From Luteolibacter sp. (GTDB lineage: Bacteria > Verrucomicrobiota > Verrucomicrobiia > Verrucomicrobiales > Akkermansiaceae), in contig JBDSNC010000301.1 of the NCBI GenBank assembly GCA_039915545.1, positions 4,977-68,976 of the forward strand: DNA of 64,000 bases, read 5' to 3'. Positions 59,167-64,000 of the stretch are shown piece after piece (position 1 is the stretch's first letter; every line of letters starts with the position of its first letter). A program made the translations under genes and the position numbers. The notes beneath the pieces are model-generated. The model saw only the letters and a list, made by a program, of their open reading frames with translations. It did not search any database and was not told the DNA's origin.

Positions 59167-60093
59167 TCAATCCACCCGCGCCAGCAGCGGCTCGAACACA
59201 TACCACTGCCGCCAATGCTCGCGCACCACCCGCAGGATCGCCGCCGCCCAGATTTTCCCCGCGTCGTCGTCCTCGCCGCGTTTTCTCGGTGGCAGCTCGA
59301 TCGGCGGAAAAACGATCACCCGGTATCTCCGCCAGCCGTCGCGCACGATGAACAGCGGAAACGTCGGGGCGTTCGTCGCCCTCGCGAGAAACAGCGGACC
59401 TTTCGGCAGCCGCATTCGCAGGCCCGGCTCCACCTCCACCTCCATCGGGGAAACATCGAAGATCACGCGGTCGCCCTGCACCGCCACGATGTGGCCCTCG
59501 CCTAGCAGCCGGGCCAGCTCCACGCCCAGCAGGTTTCCCTCCTGGTTGTAGAGCGTGCGGAAATTCGGATAGTGCCGCTCCTTCTGCCGGATCTCCTCCT
59601 CGCGGATCTTCTGCGTCTCCGGCTCGCGCTCGCGGGCTCTGACCGTGTAAAGCGTGCGGTCGAACCTCGATGCGAACATTGGAGCCGCGAGATCGTAGTT
59701 TCCCATGTGGGCGGTTAGGATGATGCAGCCCTCGGTCCTGTTCGCCAAATCCTCCAGCGGTGCCAGTCCGTCCACCAGCCAGTCCACGCCGCCGGTTTCC
59801 GTCTGGCAGCGCAGCCCGTCCGCGTAGGTCAGCGCGAAGTTCCAGAAAACCTGCCACGCCCCGAGCTTCGCCCGCCACGCGCCCCATCCCGGATGCAGCA
59901 CCCGCAGGTTTCCCGCCACCGCCCGCCGCTGCTTTTTCGCGATCAGGAAAAACAAGAACGTCCATCCGCTCATCAGCACCGGCTCCAGAAACCACGGTAT
60001 CACCCGCAGCGCATGATCCAGTAGAAACCGCGTGTGCAGGTCGCCGAACACCCCGAGCCTCGCGCCCAACCGTGATTTGCAATTCTCCTCCAT
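59167..60093 (-). CDS. Lipid A lauroyl/LPLAT-family acyltransferase
   Basis: ILTAHMGNYD (HxxxxD), VAVQGDR, GPLFLA. Confidence 0.85.
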   Translation of the reverse strand: MEENCKSRLGARLGVFGDLHTRFLLDHALRVIPWFLEPVLMSGWTFLFFLIAKKQRRAVAGNLRVLHPGWGAWRAKLGAWQVFWNFALTYADGLRCQTETGGVDWLVDGLAPLEDLANRTEGCIILTAHMGNYDLAAPMFASRFDRTLYTVRAREREPETQKIREEEIRQKERHYPNFRTLYNQEGNLLGVELARLLGEGHIVAVQGDRVIFDVSPMEVEVEPGLRMRLPKGPLFLARATNAPTFPLFIVRDGWRRYRVIVFPPIELPPRKRGEDDDAGKIWAAAILRVVREHWRQWYVFEPLLARVD

Positions 60094-60094
60094 T

Positions 60095-60568
60095 TCAATT
60101 CCGCCCGACCTCGAAACCCACATCCTCCAACAGATTCCTGCCGGTCACCGCGATGTTCGCCAGCTCGTCGCAGCGTTCGTTCTCCGTGTGGCCGGCGTGG
60201 CCCTTCACCCAGCGCCAGTCGATCTTGTGCCCGGCCATCGCCGCCAGCAGTTTCAGCCACAGATCCTGGTTTTTCACCGGCTCCTTCGCCGCCGTCTTCC
60301 AACCGCGCTTTTTCCAGCCGTCGATCCATTTTTTCGAAACCGCGTCGATCAGATACTTCGAGTCCGAGTGCAGCTCCACCTCGCACGGCTCGCTCAGCAG
60401 CTCCAGCGCCGCGATCGCCGCCCGCAGTTCCATCCGGTTGTTCGTCGTCATCCGATATCCCGCCGCCAGTTCCTTCCGATGCTTTCCCGCCACCAGCACC
60501 GCCCCGTATCCGCCCGGCCCGGGGTTCCCCTTGCAGCCGCCGTCCGTATGAATGATCACCCGTTTCAT
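60095..60568 (-). CDS. rnhA: Ribonuclease HI
   Basis: [46 protein letters not shown]. Confidence 0.97.
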   Translation of the reverse strand: MKRVIIHTDGGCKGNPGPGGYGAVLVAGKHRKELAAGYRMTTNNRMELRAAIAALELLSEPCEVELHSDSKYLIDAVSKKWIDGWKKRGWKTAAKEPVKNQDLWLKLLAAMAGHKIDWRWVKGHAGHTENERCDELANIAVTGRNLLEDVGFEVGRN

Positions 60569-60665
60569 GAGCTGCGGAAGGTGGGGCATTCCCACACCGT
60601 CTGACAAGCCTGTGATTTTTGCCGAAATGCCATGCCCAGGTGCCCTTAACGGCGGGATTTTCAGT

Positions 60666-60935
60666 CATCCGGGATGTCCGGACGACCTTCACGACGGCCG
60701 TGCGACCTGTCGGGACACCCCAGACGACCTTCACGACGAAAATCCGAGGCGTCCGGACACCCCGGACGCCTCTCGCGGCGGAAATCCAAGCCGTCCGGCA
60801 TCCCGGACGACTCCCACGACGGCCGTGCAACCCATCCGGGCATCCCGGACGACCTTTGCGGCAGCCGTGCGACCCATCCAGGCAGCCCGGACACCCTTCA
60901 CGGCAGCATTTCAAGCCCCCTCGGCACTCCGGATC
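60666..60935. repeat. Degenerate 42-bp tandem repeat, about 6.5 units, each starting with a palindrome
   Basis: Units start at 60666, 60708, 60750, 60792 (41 bp), 60833, 60875 and 60917; core crtccgg-N4/5-ccggac. Confidence 0.85.
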
Positions 60936-61116
60936 TGCGGAGCAACTTCCTTTCAATCACCCTAAGACGCGAAAAACCAAACATTTATGAATCCATCGAC
61001 CAAAGGCTGTGCCTCCGTGCTCCGTTTCAATCCTCGCCATTGCAAAATATTTTCTAAGGAACTTCCGCCACTTGTGTCTTCATACTCGGAACGCATGACC
61101 ACGCACCCGCCGCTTC

Positions 61117-61698
61117 ATGGAAACTCAAACCGCCACCGCCCGCTCCCAGGCTGAGGCCGCTCGACCGACCGTGATCCCTCTTCAACCACCCATGGAGGAA
61201 AAACCCACGCTCCGCCAGGTGTTCGATGCCGAGGAATCGCCGCTCCTGCGCTATGCCCACGGCCTCGTCGGCCAGCGGGAAACCGCGGAGGACCTCGTGC
61301 AGGAGGCTTTCCTCAGACTCCACGAACATTGGGAGGACGTCACCAATCCCCGCGCCTGGCTCTTCCGCTCCATCCGAAATCTCGCCCTCAACCACCTCCG
61401 CGACCACAAACGCGAAACCACCATCGAAACCGGACGCGAATGGGAAAGCCAATCGCCCGATCCCGACCAAACCCTCGGCAAACTCGAAGCCCTCGGCACC
61501 CTCCAACTCCTCGTCGCCGAGCTCCACGAAGACGACCGCCAGCTCATTTCCCTCAAATACCACGAAGGCCTCAAATACGACCAGATCAGCCAGCGCACCG
61601 GCCTCAGCGTCGGCAACGTCGGCTACAAACTCCACCACGCCCTCAAGAACCTCGCCGACTCCCTCCGCCGCCTCGGCATCGAGACCGCCGAAGGCTAG
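61117..61698 (+). CDS. ECF RNA polymerase sigma-70 factor
   Basis: AEDLVQEAFLRL, AWLFRSIRNLALNHLR, region 4 LKYDQISQRTGLSVGNVGYKLHHA. Confidence 0.93.
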   Translation: METQTATARSQAEAARPTVIPLQPPMEEKPTLRQVFDAEESPLLRYAHGLVGQRETAEDLVQEAFLRLHEHWEDVTNPRAWLFRSIRNLALNHLRDHKRETTIETGREWESQSPDPDQTLGKLEALGTLQLLVAELHEDDRQLISLKYHEGLKYDQISQRTGLSVGNVGYKLHHALKNLADSLRRLGIETAEG

Positions 61699-61703
61699 CA
61701 GGG

Positions 61704-61857
61704 GAACATCGAACATCGAACGCCCAACATCGAACAACGAAGTGAAGAGGAATTCATAAGTCCCATGCGTCACACAGGCCCTATCTCTCCCTCTTTCTCT
61801 CAACTCCCAACACCTCTTCCTCCGCGTCCCTTCGCGACCTCCGCGCCTCTGCGGTAA
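61704..61857. repeat. Short intergenic repeats: (aacatcg)n heptamers and a ctccgcg...ctccgcgcctctgcgg motif
   Basis: gaacatcgaacatcgaacgcccaacatcgaacaacg at 61704-61739; ctccgcg twice at 61820-61853. Confidence 0.5.
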
Positions 61858-61894
61858 ACTCTTCCTCTTCCCGATAACCTAGCAAACTTTCCCA

Positions 61895-64000
61895 ATGAAC
61901 GACTCCACACCATTCGACACCATCGGCGACGAGCCCATCGAGGCCCGCATCGTCTCCTGGGTGCTCGGCGAGGCATCCGCCTTCGAAGCGGCGGAGCTCG
62001 AGCGTTTGTGCGAAGAACGCCCCGAACTCCAGGTTTTCCGCCGCCGCATGCGCGCCCTCCACGGCCTCCTCACCGAAGCCGAATCCGCCGAGCCCGACAA
62101 TTCCTGGAAACTCCCCGAGGAAAAACGCAAGGTCCTCGATGAGATTTTCGGCGATGAAAAAATCGTCAGCCTCGAATCCGACAAGGACGCCCGCATCCGC
62201 CGCAGCGGACGGAGAGCGTTGTTAGCTATCGCCGCCTGCGTGATGTTGACGTTATTCCTTGGTGCCATGTTTTCCTCCGGCAGCGCTTCTATCCAGAAGG
62301 CGCGGAAGGTCAAAGCGGCAGCTCAACGTTCCGCTGCCAAGGAGATGGCAGAGGAAAAAGTCGATTTCCTTCCTGGAGGAGGAAGTGGGGGCGGGGGTGG
62401 AGGATACGGAGCAGGGGCGGGTAGGGGATTGGAGCCCCAGGCATCCGCCGCTTTTGATGAACTTGCCGACGACGGAAGATCCGACGAGGTAGTCACCCGA
62501 TCAAAGGGGATCAAGGAGGAATCCGGTCGCCTTGAAGAAGCTGGAAAAAGGGGAGTCGATATTGTTGCTGGAACCGGGTTTAGGTTAGGTCAACCTGCGC
62601 CGGCGTCGAGTAAAGCTGCGGCAACACCCGCTGCCGCTGCACCCGCGCCGCTGCCTGAGATGGCGATGGGAGGTGCCAGAGAGCGGGTGGTGCCGCCCGA
62701 GCGTCAGAGAAATCTGTCAGCAAATAAGGAGATGGCAGCGTATGGATCGATGGCCAAAACGAAGGCCTCGAAACCATCTGCCGCCCCTGCGGCCGCCGCT
62801 GCTCCCCCGGTCGTCCAATCCACGCCGGTGGCTGGCAGCGGGAGAGCCACCGTTTCCCGCCCCGGCCAGCCTACGGCGGAGGAATTCGGGGATCGCTCTG
62901 CGTTGGCTGGTCAGGATGCGCAGTCTATGCACGGCGCGAATAGGTTTAGCGGCGGCTCGGCTTCCTCTTCGGCGCTTTCCGATTCGAAGTTTGCTCCAAT
63001 AGACGAAAGCGCTCCGGTCGAGCTGAACGGCGCCGTCCCGGCAGCGCAGGACCTTGATCGGATCACGTTCGACGAGCACATGGCTCTCGCCGCCAAACCC
63101 CAGTCGATGGCAGGGGCCAAAAGCGATCTAGCGGACGTGGACTTTTATACTGAATACGTTCCTCCATCCAACTCTCCCGCCGACCCGAGCCAATTCGCCG
63201 CGAACGGTGTGACCAATGGCCTCCGCAGTGGCGATCAGGCGATCAATCGGAACAACATCGATGCGATCCTCAACAATCCGAACCGCACCAAAGGCAAAGA
63301 TGACTCCTCGGTGGCCGCAGCGAGAGAACCGGCTCCAGCAGAATTTGCCATGGAACTGGGTTTGGACGGTCTCAAAAAATCTGAAGCTGGCGCGGGCGGC
63401 GGCAGTGGCGGCGGCAGCGGAGGTTTCGGCCTCGCGGACCGCTCCGAATCCAAGAACAGCCCGCCAGCCTCCGGCAAGCCGGGAGAAGCTGCAAAGGCCC
63501 AAAACGCCTTCGCTACATCCGCTCCAGCAGAAATGGCACCCACAGGCGGAGAAGAGGGGAGATACAAGATCGACGGACCGGCACCTGCTATCTCCGCCGG
63601 TAGGATGTTCCTGCGCAACGGTGGAACCGTTCAAGGGGGACCGGCCGAGGAATTGAACAATCAGAAGGATTTGGGTGATGTGTCTGACGGTGACGTGCCG
63701 CTGCCCGCAATCGCTGCCGATAAGGTGAACGCCCCCGATTCCTCCATGGCGTTGGGCACGGGCCGTGCGGATGAGGGCAAGAAAGAAAATACCCGCGATC
63801 GTGCCGGGCAGTTGGATGGTGTGGAAAAGTCGTGGGAATCCAATGCCCCGGCCGATGGAAAGAAACCGGAATTTGAAGGATTTGTAAACAACGGTGCTCC
63901 CATCGCGGATCAAGAGTCGCAGAAGCGAGGCCGCGGAGTGGATGAAAATGCGGATCTGTATTGGGACACTTCGAAAAAGGAAAAGTCGGGAGGAACCGAG
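61895..64000 (+). CDS. Anti-sigma-like membrane protein with a long low-complexity extracytoplasmic region; 3'-truncated by the window and absent from the ORF track
   Basis: ATG 61895: MNDSTPFD...EARIVSWVLGEASAFEAAELERL (anti-sigma-like), TM ALLAIAACVMLTLFLGAMF; no stop was seen in this frame in the stretches translated by hand. Confidence 0.8.
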   Translation, partial: MNDSTPFDTIGDEPIEARIVSWVLGEASAFEAAELERLCEERPELQVFRRRMRALHGLLTEAESAEPDNSWKLPEEKRKVLDEIFGDEKIVSLESDKDARIRRSGRRALLAIAACVMLTLFLGAMFSSGSASIQKARKVKAAAQRSAAKEMAEEKVDFLPGGGSGGGGGGYGAGAGRGLEPQASAAFDELADDGRSDEVVTRSKGIKEESGRLEEAGKRGVDIVAGTGFRLGQPAPASSKAAATPAAAAPAPLPEMAMGGARERVVPPERQRNLSANKEMAAYGSMAKTKASKPSAAPAAAAAPPVVQSTPVAGSGRATVSRPGQPTAEEFGDRSALAGQDAQSMHGANRFSGGSASSSALSDSKFAPIDESAPVELNGAVPAAQDLDRITFDEHMALAAKPQSMAGAKSDLADVDFYTEYVPPSNSPADPSQFAANGVTNGLRSGDQAINRNNIDAILNNPNRTKGKDDSSVAAAREPAPAEFAMELGLDGLKKSEAGAGGGSGGGSGGFGLADRSESKNSPPASGKPGEAAKAQNAFATSAPAEMAPTGGEEGRYKIDGPAPAISAGRMFLRNGGTVQGGPAEELNNQKDLGDVSDGDVPLPAIAADKVNAPDSSMALGTGRADEGKKENTRDRAGQLDGVEKSWESNAPADGKKPEFEGFVNNGAPIADQESQKRGRGVDENADLYWDTSKKEKSGGTE

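Noticed and set aside
60666-60935. CRISPR array
   Set aside because: The repeats are degenerate, the intervening segments are homologous to each other, the 42-bp period is short, and no cas genes are present.
60000-61057. ORFs spanning the 42-bp array
   Set aside because: They overlap rnhA or are simple translations of the repeat, and a 41-bp unit breaks the periodic frame.

Overview
A 64 kb bacterial window. The gene content (PEP-CTERM protein, MoxR/vWA cassette, large modular surface proteins, high GC) suggests Verrucomicrobiota, possibly Luteolibacter-like; this is inferred, not searched. Bases 1-22.4 kb are an accessory region made of two related units. Each unit carries a paralogous secreted-protein module (gene A, a conserved hairpin, gene B, gene C) plus different surface-protein cargo (BspA LRR, RCC1/Ig/vWA giant, PEP-CTERM). 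Each unit also ends in the same 17-bp junction (8409-8425 and 19710-19726), where a comM/YifB 5' fragment is cut just after the codons for IVG. The region is closed by an IS66 remnant and a full-length IS66 lacking a target duplication. Several cargo genes have single-base lesions (in-frame TGA, frameshift, lost start codon). Bases 22.9-64 kb are mostly core-like: smc preceded by tandem NrdR-like boxes, an FN3-cyclophilin, a MoxR/DUF58/vWA/ABC operon interrupted by a hydrolase and a divergent HTH/nucleotidyltransferase pair, a multidomain PhoD, dapF, trpA, an Aas-like ligase, PhoBR-like genes, AhbAB, CCA enzyme, DUF1460, an acyltransferase, rnhA, a 42-bp palindromic tandem array, an ECF sigma factor and a truncated anti-sigma-like gene. 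No rRNA, tRNA or CRISPR array was recognised. Product names come from motif recognition only.
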